In this document: one piece after another, positions 46,461 to 54,916 of the stretch
Numbering within the stretch: the stretch's first letter is position 1
Layout of the letters: each line of letters opens with the position of its first letter
DNA from: a virus
Taxonomy: Duplodnaviria > Heunggongvirae > Uroviricota > Caudoviricetes
Length of the DNA stretch: 64,000 nucleotides
Direction: 5' to 3' (one strand)
Virus record (IMG/VR): IMGVR_UViG_3300037512_000782
Coordinates: 124,732-188,731 of that record
The notes under the pieces: model-generated
Seen by the model: only the letters and a program-made list of their open reading frames with translations
The model's database searches: none
Told to the model about the DNA's origin: nothing
Program-made: the position numbers and the translations under genes

Positions 46461-46659
46461 TTTTTATTTTCTGGTTGGCCATATAGACTAGTGAACAATA
46501 TGGTGAAACCAGCACACCTAACACTGACGACAACGTGACCTTCAGGGATTTGATCACCCAATGATGTGGTCGCCAACCAGTTAATTTAGCGGGGTACGAA
46601 AGTTACCGTGAAAACGTTAGGTAAAGTGTTTAACTACAACTAAAAACAAGGAAGACAAC

Positions 46660-48081
46660 ATGTCAAAGTTAAATCCGTCCACGAAGGGCAATTCAATGGA
46701 CACTACTGTCCGTTTGGCTGGCGGGACCGGTGCTTATGCTGCGAAGTCGTCCAACATCGACACGCTTCGCCGTCTCGTACTCGCCAACTTACTCTGGGAA
46801 GACATTGCTTACGCCGATGGCGAATCAGTGTCCGAAGAAATCTCCAGCCTCATACCGAAGTGTGATGCTGTGGAAGTCGCAAAGCTTGCGGTAGAATGCC
46901 GTGAGAAGCAGAAGTTGCGTCATACGCCGTTGTTCATCGCAGCGGAAATGACGAAGTACGCAACGCATAAGGTTTACGTGAAGGATATCCTTCCGAGGAT
47001 CATCACTCGCGCCGACATGCTCTGTGACTTCCTTGCGATTTATTGGAAGGACAAGAAGCACCCGCTGGCAAATTGCGTGAAGCGTGGTCTTGCTGATGCG
47101 TTCCACAACTTCGACGAATACCAGTTCGCCAAGTATGACCGTGACGCAGTGATCAAGCTCCGCGACGTGCTCCGCATGGTGCATCCGACTCCGCGTAACG
47201 AAGACGAAGCCGCATTGTTCAAGCGCATCAAGGAACGTACCTTGAAGACGCCGGATACTTGGGAAGTCGCGATTTCCGCTGTGTCCGCAGACAAGAAGGC
47301 TGACGAATGGACTCGACTCATCCAAGAAAAGCGTCTCGGTGGTCTTGCGTTCTTGCGCAACATGGCTAACTTTGTGAACAACAAGGTGAAGCGCAGTGTT
47401 GTTGAGGAAGGTTTGAAGAACCTCAAGGGAAGCATGCTCTTGCCGCTTGACTATATCAAGGCTGCGAAGATGGCCTCTGGCTATACTCGCGAAATCGAAG
47501 ACGCGATGATCTCGTCCTACAAGCACTTGCCGAAGCTGCCGGGTAAGACCTTGTTCATCTTGGACAGGTCTGGTTCCATGGGCCGTGCGATCTCCAGCAA
47601 GAGCAATTTCACTCGTCTTGACGTTGCTTGCGCGATGGCTATGTTGGCCTCGAACGTGTGTGAAGACTTCAGCTTGGTCGTAACCGCTGGTGACGACTGG
47701 AAGAAGGTCGCTGCATCGGTCGCTGTCGACTGTCCGCCGCGTGGTTTCTCCATGACCCAAGTGGTCGACCGTTGCAATGTCGGCGGTGGTGGTATCTTCA
47801 CTCGCCAGGTGCTTGAATGGTCTCGCAACCACTTCAAGACCGACGAGTTCGACCGTATCATCGTGTTCTCGGACTCTCAGGACTGCGATCTGCCGTCTAG
47901 GCAGACTCCGAAGCCGTTCGGTAAGTACAACTACATCTGCGACGTAAGCGCAGAGAAGCACGGCATCAACTACCGTGGAGTTTGGACTGCCGAAATCTCC
48001 GGTTGGTCGGAACACTTCTTGACCTATATCGCAGCTTACGAAGGACTTGAAAACAAGTTCGAGAGCGAGTCGATGAACTAA
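46660..48081 (+). CDS. rsr: Ro60-related TROVE-domain RNA-binding protein (Rsr)
   Basis: LRRLVLANLLWED, LRHTP, FDEYQFAKY, KLRDVLRMVHP, TWEVAIS, AFLRNM and vWA MIDAS LDRSGSM...FSDSQ. Confidence 0.9.
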   Translation: MSKLNPSTKGNSMDTTVRLAGGTGAYAAKSSNIDTLRRLVLANLLWEDIAYADGESVSEEISSLIPKCDAVEVAKLAVECREKQKLRHTPLFIAAEMTKYATHKVYVKDILPRIITRADMLCDFLAIYWKDKKHPLANCVKRGLADAFHNFDEYQFAKYDRDAVIKLRDVLRMVHPTPRNEDEAALFKRIKERTLKTPDTWEVAISAVSADKKADEWTRLIQEKRLGGLAFLRNMANFVNNKVKRSVVEEGLKNLKGSMLLPLDYIKAAKMASGYTREIEDAMISSYKHLPKLPGKTLFILDRSGSMGRAISSKSNFTRLDVACAMAMLASNVCEDFSLVVTAGDDWKKVAASVAVDCPPRGFSMTQVVDRCNVGGGGIFTRQVLEWSRNHFKTDEFDRIIVFSDSQDCDLPSRQTPKPFGKYNYICDVSAEKHGINYRGVWTAEISGWSEHFLTYIAAYEGLENKFESESMN

Positions 48082-48220
48082 GGTTGTGTAGGGGGCCGTT
48101 TCGTTGTGCGTACGGCCTTAAACGAGGGAACAACGGCGGGGCCTAGTGATGCTAGCTAGTGGGATACCCAACGCCCAGATGAACACCCTACTTCTTTTAA
48201 CCATCAAACAAGGAACCATC

Positions 48221-48481
48221 ATGTCCAATAAATCAACAGATACTCTCAAGCAGACCGATAAGATGACTCAGCGGTCGATGATCTTGAAGGCTCTAAAGGC
48301 TGGCCGTACGCTTACATGGCTCGACGCCGTGAACGACTTCGGCTGTTCTAAGCTCTCCACTCGCATCGGCGAAATGGTGAAGGCTGGCATGGTCAAAGTG
48401 AAGCGTGGTTGGATGACCACCAACACTGGCAAGACCGTCCGCACTTACAAGATCGATCGTTCTCGCAAGAAGGACTCCTAG
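48221..48481 (+). CDS. Winged helix-turn-helix protein
   Basis: TQRSMILKALKAGRTLTWLDAVNDFGCSKLSTRIGEM is typical of phage wHTH proteins; AAGGA SD. Confidence 0.7.
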   Translation: MSNKSTDTLKQTDKMTQRSMILKALKAGRTLTWLDAVNDFGCSKLSTRIGEMVKAGMVKVKRGWMTTNTGKTVRTYKIDRSRKKDS

Positions 48482-48490
48482 AGGTTGCCG

Positions 48491-48895
48491 ATGCCTAAAG
48501 TCATAGCAGTAGACTTCGACTCTACAATCGCGTTCGACGCATGGCCACGGATAACCGATAAAACCACGGTGAACTCGACGGTCGTCAACTGGATAAAAAA
48601 GCGCCAGAAGATGGGCGACAAGATTATCCTCTGGACATGCCGCGAGAACTACGGTGGCGTAAAGTTTCCGGATTACGAGTATAGGAATGACGCATTGCTG
48701 TTCTGCACACGTAATCAGATATTCTTCCATAATGTCAACGCGAGTGACGGAGAAGTCGGTTTCGAGGAAGGCAAGTATGGTCGCAAGATCATGGCTGACG
48801 CCTACATCGACGACCGTTCGGCTCCGTTTGGCCGAAGCCAGTTCTGGTGGAAGGTCTATCTGTGGCTTATGGACAGAAAGCTTGCAAAGATGTAG
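48491..48895 (+). CDS. HAD-superfamily phosphatase
   Basis: IAVDFDSTI (motif I), LWTCR (II), K..ADAYIDDR (III/IV). Confidence 0.8.
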   Translation: MPKVIAVDFDSTIAFDAWPRITDKTTVNSTVVNWIKKRQKMGDKIILWTCRENYGGVKFPDYEYRNDALLFCTRNQIFFHNVNASDGEVGFEEGKYGRKIMADAYIDDRSAPFGRSQFWWKVYLWLMDRKLAKM

Positions 48896-49054
48896 TGTTT
48901 GGGTATCCAGAAAACTACGCGCTTCTACCTCAGCGTAGCCAGTATGGTCGTCCGGGAAGAAAGCTCCTCAAGATACCGGATGTAAAGACAAAATCTCTTC
49001 TGGGATGTCTATAAATGCCGTTTTTGGTTTGGGCGGCGAACCAGTGAGGGTATT

Positions 49055-49128
49055 CGGAGTGTAGCTCAGCCTGGTAGAGCATTGGATTTGGGTTCCAAGG
49101 GTCGCGTGTTCGAATCACGCTACTCCGA
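49055..49128 (+). tRNA. tRNA-Pro(UGG)
   Basis: TTGGA-TT-TGG-GT-TCCAA; C1-G72, A73. Confidence 0.95.
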
Positions 49129-49320
49129 CTAATAACTGCAGCGGTTCATCAAAGCATTGTGAGTGAACTCCACCGTTTCCATTCGTGAGAATGACCTGTC
49201 GTGTAACATAAAATGATGCTTGCGGAGTGAACACTAGAGAGCATGTGTACTGGAGCTGCTGCTACTGCAAATTCCGGAATGAGCAGAAAGGAAACTCCGC
49301 ACCAATTTTGTGAGGTGTCT

Positions 49321-49554
49321 ATGGTCGAAATCGAAGAATTGTCGCATGAAGAACTTCAGCGCATAGTTTCAGAAGCTGGCGCTGAAGCCGTCAAGAAGGC
49401 ATTCGCGGCTGGCGTACCAGTTTGCGGTTCCGAAGGCGACAAGATTTTCAAGTACTATCCAAATGGAACCAAAAAGGTCATCGGAAAGATCGAACATCCG
49501 ACGGTGCCTATAGACATCCATCAGCTTGTGGGTTCGCAGCTGCCAGTGAAATAA
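49321..49554 (+). CDS. Small hypothetical protein
   Basis: GAGG SD before ATG 49321. Confidence 0.6.
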   Translation: MVEIEELSHEELQRIVSEAGAEAVKKAFAAGVPVCGSEGDKIFKYYPNGTKKVIGKIEHPTVPIDIHQLVGSQLPVK

Positions 49555-49790
49555 CTGGGTATATACAGTACGGAACCGACACCGTATCCATGACTGCGGT
49601 TAACGTCATGGTCTGCACGAAAGCCACGCAATCGGTGGCGACTAATGCACCGTTACCGTGCTGACGGGTTATGGCACGGCATGTCGTTACGGAGCAGCGG
49701 CGTAGTGTCCAGTGGACGCTCCGGCAGTGATTGGAAAGCGCTGTGGCGAGTGAAGAATTTGCCGAACTGGAAGTGATTACCCAGAGTTAT
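49551..49790 (+). ncRNA. Unassigned structured RNA, about 240 nt
   Basis: Closing stem ATAACTGGGTA/TACCCAGAGTTAT; at least five internal hairpins. Confidence 0.5.
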
Positions 49791-50050
49791 TCCCGCCGAG
49801 AGGGCTTGCGCAAATCTCGGCGAACAAGTTTGAAAAGCGTCGATCGTAAGCGGAAGAAGATCCGTTAGACTCGGAGCAGCGTATAGGTTTCCGCAACGTG
49901 ATAGTTCTGCGACAGAATATCCGCCTGTATCGACGTAGATGACTAACCGATTTCGTTCGGGAATGTTGGATGCATGGTTGATGATGTTCGGTAAGCCATG
50001 CGACCGTAAAGCAATAACCGACTGCTATACGTCGGACGCCGATTCCTTTT

Positions 50051-50125
50051 GGACGTTGAGCTCGGCGGTACGCGAGCGGGTGACTCATAACCATCTGGCC
50101 CTGGGTTCGAATCCCAGAACGTCCA
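50051..50125 (+). tRNA. tRNA-Ile2(CAU) (lysidine type; Met not excluded)
   Basis: GGTGA-CT-CAT-AA-CCATC; GACTCATAA context as in Ile2. Confidence 0.7.
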
Positions 50126-50140
50126 GTATCAAAAGTTTAA

Positions 50141-50326
50141 ACCGAGCTGAATGCATCCCATGATGTTTGATGTGGGAGACTGCTAGGCGAGTGGGTGTGC
50201 TGGTGGCCACTGGACATACCCTTTTCCGAGAGCAAGATATAACAAGTCGACCAATGAAACTTGCCATTCGTCGTACAAGCATACTCATTAGTGTTGAGTG
50301 TGTGACGGAGCAGCGATCAGCTCGGT
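50141..50326 (+). ncRNA. Unassigned structured RNA, about 186 nt
   Basis: Perfect 10-bp closing stem ACCGAGCTGA/TCAGCTCGGT; internal hairpins. Confidence 0.45.
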
Positions 50327-50349
50327 CGTTTTTTATTATGAGGTAGAAC

Positions 50350-51234
50350 ATGTCATCGAGAAAGCAAACCCAAGAAGAGATCAAGGCTCTTGAGTCCAAG
50401 ATAAAGAAATTGAAGTCGCAGATGAAAGAGTACGACGACGCCGACCTCGACGAATTTGCTAAATCGTTGAATGGCGCATTGATGTTCTGCGAAGACGAAT
50501 ACTTCATCAATGTCCGTGTGACAAGAGACGGTGACATGGTCAAATTCAAATCCGACTGGCTTGTCATTAACCGTCCTTTCAGCTTGCCACAAGTGGCCAA
50601 GCGCAATCCGTATGGCTGCGCCAACGGAACCTACACTGATGCGAAAGAAGTCTTGGATATGGTTAAAAAGGGCGAGATGCGAGTCATCAGCGACCCGAAA
50701 GAAATCAAGGAAGTTATCGACAAGAGCATCTATGGCTATGACCTTGCAGACAATGCTATCCGCATGGCCATGTTGTGCCAAAAGCCGTCGATTGGCGGAA
50801 AGCTTACCCAAGTGACTCCGCAGAACGCGGCAGAAAAATTGCTTGGCCTCACCGGGACGCTGTACCATAAAAAAGATAAGTGGAACGATCTGTATCTGTT
50901 CTTCCGTGTACTCGACGTCGGCGACGGCAGTGTATTTATCAAGCCGTATTATCTTGAATTCAACCGCAGGGACAAGGATTCCAGCGACTTGCCGGAAGCG
51001 AGTGTCGGTGCGGTGCTCAATGTTTCTGTCAGTCCGATTGACAAGCGGATCAATGGCTTGGACAAGAAGTTGAAATCCGCCGTCAAGTGGGTCAATACAT
51101 TGATCGATGATTTTGTCCCAGAGAATTGGGATGAGCTTACCGAACGAATGACCGACATACGAAAGCACGAAATCAACGATAGGCTCTATGCGACGAACGG
51201 ACTTATCAAGCTGATTACCCAAAAGAGGAAATAA
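50350..51234 (+). CDS. Hypothetical protein
   Basis: GAGG SD; 294 aa; phage-like codon usage. Confidence 0.7.
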   Translation: MSSRKQTQEEIKALESKIKKLKSQMKEYDDADLDEFAKSLNGALMFCEDEYFINVRVTRDGDMVKFKSDWLVINRPFSLPQVAKRNPYGCANGTYTDAKEVLDMVKKGEMRVISDPKEIKEVIDKSIYGYDLADNAIRMAMLCQKPSIGGKLTQVTPQNAAEKLLGLTGTLYHKKDKWNDLYLFFRVLDVGDGSVFIKPYYLEFNRRDKDSSDLPEASVGAVLNVSVSPIDKRINGLDKKLKSAVKWVNTLIDDFVPENWDELTERMTDIRKHEINDRLYATNGLIKLITQKRK

Positions 51235-51236
51235 CC

Positions 51237-51827
51237 ATGTTTACTGTACGACCGACCGTATTCGAGACGAACTCCAGTTCGGAACATTGCTTGACCGTCG
51301 AAGACGGCATGCGCGATATCGAGGAATTTCCGATACCGGATGATACTGGCAAGGTTCACATTCCACTGATCGGAAACGCCGACGACTTGACTGAAACGAA
51401 GGACTTCGTGTCCTTGGTTCAGTACATTGTCCTTGCGTCGCTCAAGGGTAATGGATACGAGAACTTGTTCCGTATGAGTGAGGAAGACCTTAACAAGCTT
51501 CATTACTTGATTACGACGGCGTACAAGATGGCTGGTATTCTGGGTGTTGACGAGATTTCGTTCGAGCCGCCTAACAAGAACTATCTCGGCGTCGAACTGG
51601 GAAAAAATACCCTCGCTCTGTGGGGCGGCTGCTATACGGATCTGTCTACTATGGAATGGGGCATAGATGATGTGATTAGCCGACTTGCTTGGGCTGTGAG
51701 GGACAGTAACGTCGCTCTCAGACTGGCCACGCCGTACTTGGCAAATTATATGGGCGAAAGCAAGAAGATCAACTACGCTGCGGCAGCGCTCGCCATGCGC
51801 ACACACGGCCACTTTCAAGACTGTTAG
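51237..51827 (+). CDS. FETNSSS-motif hypothetical protein 1
   Basis: TVRPTVFETNSSSEH. Confidence 0.7.
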   Translation: MFTVRPTVFETNSSSEHCLTVEDGMRDIEEFPIPDDTGKVHIPLIGNADDLTETKDFVSLVQYIVLASLKGNGYENLFRMSEEDLNKLHYLITTAYKMAGILGVDEISFEPPNKNYLGVELGKNTLALWGGCYTDLSTMEWGIDDVISRLAWAVRDSNVALRLATPYLANYMGESKKINYAAAALAMRTHGHFQDC

Positions 51828-51902
51828 CGTCCGTAGCTCAATGGACTAGAGCGTCGCTCTCCGAAGGCGAAGGTTTTGCCAGTTCGACCCTGGCCGGACG
51901 CA
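51827..51902 (+). tRNA. tRNA-Arg(CCG)
   Basis: TCGCT-CT-CCG-AA-GGCGA. Confidence 0.9.
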
Positions 51903-51905
51903 TTT

Positions 51906-51978
51906 GTCCACGTCGTCAAGCTGGAATGGCCTCGCTCTCCTAAAGCGATGTTCGCTGGTTCGACTCCAGCCGTGGATA
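51906..51978 (+). tRNA. tRNA-Arg(CCU)
   Basis: TCGCT-CT-CCT-AA-AGCGA. Confidence 0.85.
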
Positions 51979-52007
51979 CTACAAACAAACCAAAAGGACA
52001 CAAACCA

Positions 52008-52619
52008 ATGATTACCGTAAGAAACCAAGTTTTTGAAACAAATTCAAGTAGCTGCCATTCGGTCACGCTGGGTACTGAACTCAGACCGATCGAAGAATTC
52101 CCGCTGCCTGACAAGGATGGCGTCATCCAGATCGAACTGCCGATTGCCAAGGAATGGTATGACGGATTCAAGACATTCAATGACTTCTTGATCCTCGCGC
52201 TCATGTATATCAACGACGGCGAAAAGCTGACTGGTTGGAACTGGTCGCCGAGCGGCGACGACCAAGTCGACTTGCTTCGCTGGATCAACATCGTCTACTC
52301 TATGCGCGGTCTTCCGCACGTCAACAGTATCAAGTTGAGCTGGACTGGCTTTGTCGAATTCAAGGAAGACGGTTCTGGAAGTAGCTTCGGCGAAAACGAC
52401 CAGACATGCTATGCGATCAGCTCGTTGCAGAGTGGTTATGGTCTTGAAGAATTCTTGCTTTCGATGGGGCAAGAAATCGGCCCAGACACCAATCTGCCTG
52501 GTCTCGAAAAGATCATGGAACCCATCAAGGAAGAAGATTACAAGGCGAACGTGGCGATGTACAACGCGGCTGTCTCGGTCGTGTACAATTCCACTAGCAA
52601 CATCTGGAGTGATAGCTAA
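52008..52619 (+). CDS. FETNSSS-motif hypothetical protein 2
   Basis: MITVRNQVFETNSSSCH; AAGGA SD. Confidence 0.7.
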   Translation: MITVRNQVFETNSSSCHSVTLGTELRPIEEFPLPDKDGVIQIELPIAKEWYDGFKTFNDFLILALMYINDGEKLTGWNWSPSGDDQVDLLRWINIVYSMRGLPHVNSIKLSWTGFVEFKEDGSGSSFGENDQTCYAISSLQSGYGLEEFLLSMGQEIGPDTNLPGLEKIMEPIKEEDYKANVAMYNAAVSVVYNSTSNIWSDS

Positions 52620-53089
52620 TGCGTACTATACGAATGAACGTATTCGAAACCAATTCGAGCTCGTGCCACGTCATGACCGTCATGAACGAGGAACAGCTCG
52701 CACAGTTCGACAAGAAGTGGAACGAACGGCGTAATGTCTATCCGTGCCGCCGTCTCCGTCGAGCCGATTCCGACAGCAACGAAGCTGGTCTGTACGAAAT
52801 CATCGACGACGACACCTTCTTTGCCGAAATGTATCCGAAGTTCGAACAAGTTGCAAAGACCATCGACAAGGATACTGCACGGAAGATTATGGACATGCTG
52901 TTCATGGAAAAGCCTCATGAAGACATCTTGAAGGAATTTCCGACGGTCAACCCGGAAGAACTTCAGATGTACGACTGGACTTACGTTTGCGGCAGCAGTG
53001 AAACCGTGAACTTCTGCGAATCGTATGTCGAAGGCCAAATTTCTGCTGGCAACGGAAAGTTTGCCGTACTCATTTCGATGGCTTGCTAA
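52619..53089 (+). CDS. FETNSSS-motif hypothetical protein 3
   Basis: MRTIRMNVFETNSSSCH. Confidence 0.7.
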   Translation: MRTIRMNVFETNSSSCHVMTVMNEEQLAQFDKKWNERRNVYPCRRLRRADSDSNEAGLYEIIDDDTFFAEMYPKFEQVAKTIDKDTARKIMDMLFMEKPHEDILKEFPTVNPEELQMYDWTYVCGSSETVNFCESYVEGQISAGNGKFAVLISMAC

Positions 53090-53111
53090 ATAAACTCATT
53101 TTTGCTATATT
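53083..53111 (+). promoter_or_regulatory. Sigma70-like promoter
   Basis: TTGCTA-17 nt-TATATT. Confidence 0.65.
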
Positions 53112-53137
53112 TAGCAAGCACTCAAATCGGAGTTACT

Positions 53138-53971
53138 ATGAAATACTTGTTACTATGTGGAGTCCATGGCGACGAACAGAATGCCGTTCTCTCCACTATC
53201 AAGACGTTCAACAGCATCAAGCAAGAGAATCATGGTTCAATCCAGATCGACTGCTTGGTTGTGAATACGCCAGCGTTACGTGCATGTCAGCGTGAAGTTC
53301 CTGAGAAGCCAAATGCTACGATGGACATGAACCGCATGTACGGAACCGAACAAGATTTCAAGCCTGATGAAGCAGTTTCGACTATCAAGCAGAAGATTAT
53401 GGAAAGCGATGTCGTCATCGATATCCACAACTCTTATGCTTGCGCCAACAGCATCTTGATTTCCAACAGCGACTACGCGGAAGACTATGTGAAGTTTGCC
53501 ACCGAAATGGACATCTGCTACATCGTCACCGAGTCCGCTACGAATACCGCCAAGAAGTTTGCGATTGAGGCTGGCAAGGTCGGCATCACCGTTGAACTCG
53601 GCGGTATGGGTTACGGCCCGGAATTCAAGACTGTCATCGACAAGGATATGCAGTTCATTCACCGACTGATCATGTCTCTCGAAGTGTACGCCCAGCGTGG
53701 CGGAAAGTTCGAGAAGAAGGCTCCGCTGGTTCAGAACTGTATCGTCCGTTCGATCTATGCCCACACTGAGGGCATCATGGACTACACGAAGGAACTCGGT
53801 GATACGTTCCGTGCCGGAGAAGTGATCGGCTGTATCTATTCTCCGTCTGGCGTCATCGTCGAGAAGGTCGTGGCTCCGTTCGACGGATGGGTTGCCGATG
53901 CTATGCCCAAGCTTTGGGCAGAACCTGGCGACGTGATCTGCGACTTGCAGCCACGCGCTGGACGCATCTGA
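53138..53971 (+). CDS. M14-family succinylglutamate desuccinylase/aspartoacylase-like hydrolase
   Basis: GVHGDE, DMNR, VIDIH, TVELGG; C-terminal biotinyl-like APFDG domain. Confidence 0.8.
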   Translation: MKYLLLCGVHGDEQNAVLSTIKTFNSIKQENHGSIQIDCLVVNTPALRACQREVPEKPNATMDMNRMYGTEQDFKPDEAVSTIKQKIMESDVVIDIHNSYACANSILISNSDYAEDYVKFATEMDICYIVTESATNTAKKFAIEAGKVGITVELGGMGYGPEFKTVIDKDMQFIHRLIMSLEVYAQRGGKFEKKAPLVQNCIVRSIYAHTEGIMDYTKELGDTFRAGEVIGCIYSPSGVIVEKVVAPFDGWVADAMPKLWAEPGDVICDLQPRAGRI

Positions 53972-53977
53972 TAAACT
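53969..53977 (+). promoter_or_regulatory. Putative late promoter TGATAAACT
   Basis: Upstream of ATG 53996. Confidence 0.55.
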
Positions 53978-53995
53978 GCATCAAGAGGATTTACA

Positions 53996-54331
53996 ATGGA
54001 ACTCGCCGCGTTTGCAATCTGGAAGTTTCGCAACATTGAAGGTTTCCTTCAAGGGATGCATTCGTCCGATGTCGACGTGACGAGGTATGTCGAACCCATC
54101 ACGAAGCTTGTAAGCTGGATCCGTTATGACATCAAGGCAGAAACTGCCGTGATCGAACGGACTACCAAGAAAAGCTCGATCTGGTCTATGAATGGCGGCG
54201 ACGCAGTCACGGAGAGAGTCGAGTGCAAGTTCAGTGAACTCGTCGGGAAGCTCAAGGAATTGGGGATGTATGTCGAACGTGCCGAGCATGATAGGCATCG
54301 CCTCGCTGGGCCTCAGAAGGAGGATGCGTGA
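53996..54331 (+). CDS. Hypothetical late protein
   Basis: GAGG SD; late motif at 53969. Confidence 0.6.
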   Translation: MELAAFAIWKFRNIEGFLQGMHSSDVDVTRYVEPITKLVSWIRYDIKAETAVIERTTKKSSIWSMNGGDAVTERVECKFSELVGKLKELGMYVERAEHDRHRLAGPQKEDA

Positions 54332-54832
54332 TGGGTAGCGAAGTTTAGCTCCTAGTGGGCAAACGGAAACAATCGTGGGGGCTCGCAACGGCGAAAGCCG
54401 ACGAGGACAAGGGATCAAGCCGATTTCCTAACCCTGAAAAGGGCTGAATGGTGCCTCTGCTCGAAAGAGCTCTGAGTATCGGATCTGTATGCTGAGATAG
54501 CGCATATTACGGCTCCTGGCGGTGAGGCCACGACACTGCGCTCGGCAGTGAAACTATACGGACAGATGGATACTGTCCAGAATGGAAGGCGAGAGCTGGA
54601 CACCGAGCAAGATATTTTGTCTGTACATGGGTTGGACTCCGTGTGTGGACTAACGGAACTGGCGACCGGGTCAATGCCAGACCGCTTGAGATGGGCTTTT
54701 CGAGGTTGAGCGTCAGGGATGGCGCATACGTATTAGCCCAGAGTGACGACGCAGCATGCGGATTACGAGCCGAAGCCGATTTTGTCCACGGCATGCGTCA
54801 TGCGAGAATCAGCGGATTAGCTACCCGCATGC
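54326..54832 (+). ncRNA. Large structured RNA, about 500 nt
   Basis: Closing stem GCGTG-AT-GGGTAGC / GCTACCC-G-CATGC; several GAAA-tetraloop hairpins; no credible ORF. Confidence 0.6.
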
Positions 54833-54843
54833 CTCGCAATTAC

Positions 54844-54916
54844 GCCGGATTAGCTCAGTTGGTAGAGCAGACGCCTTGTAAGCGTCAGGTCAAGTGTCCG
54901 AGTCACTTATCCGGCT
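54844..54916 (+). tRNA. tRNA-Thr(UGU)
   Basis: GACGC-CT-TGT-AA-GCGTC; T-loop TCCGAGT. Confidence 0.9.
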
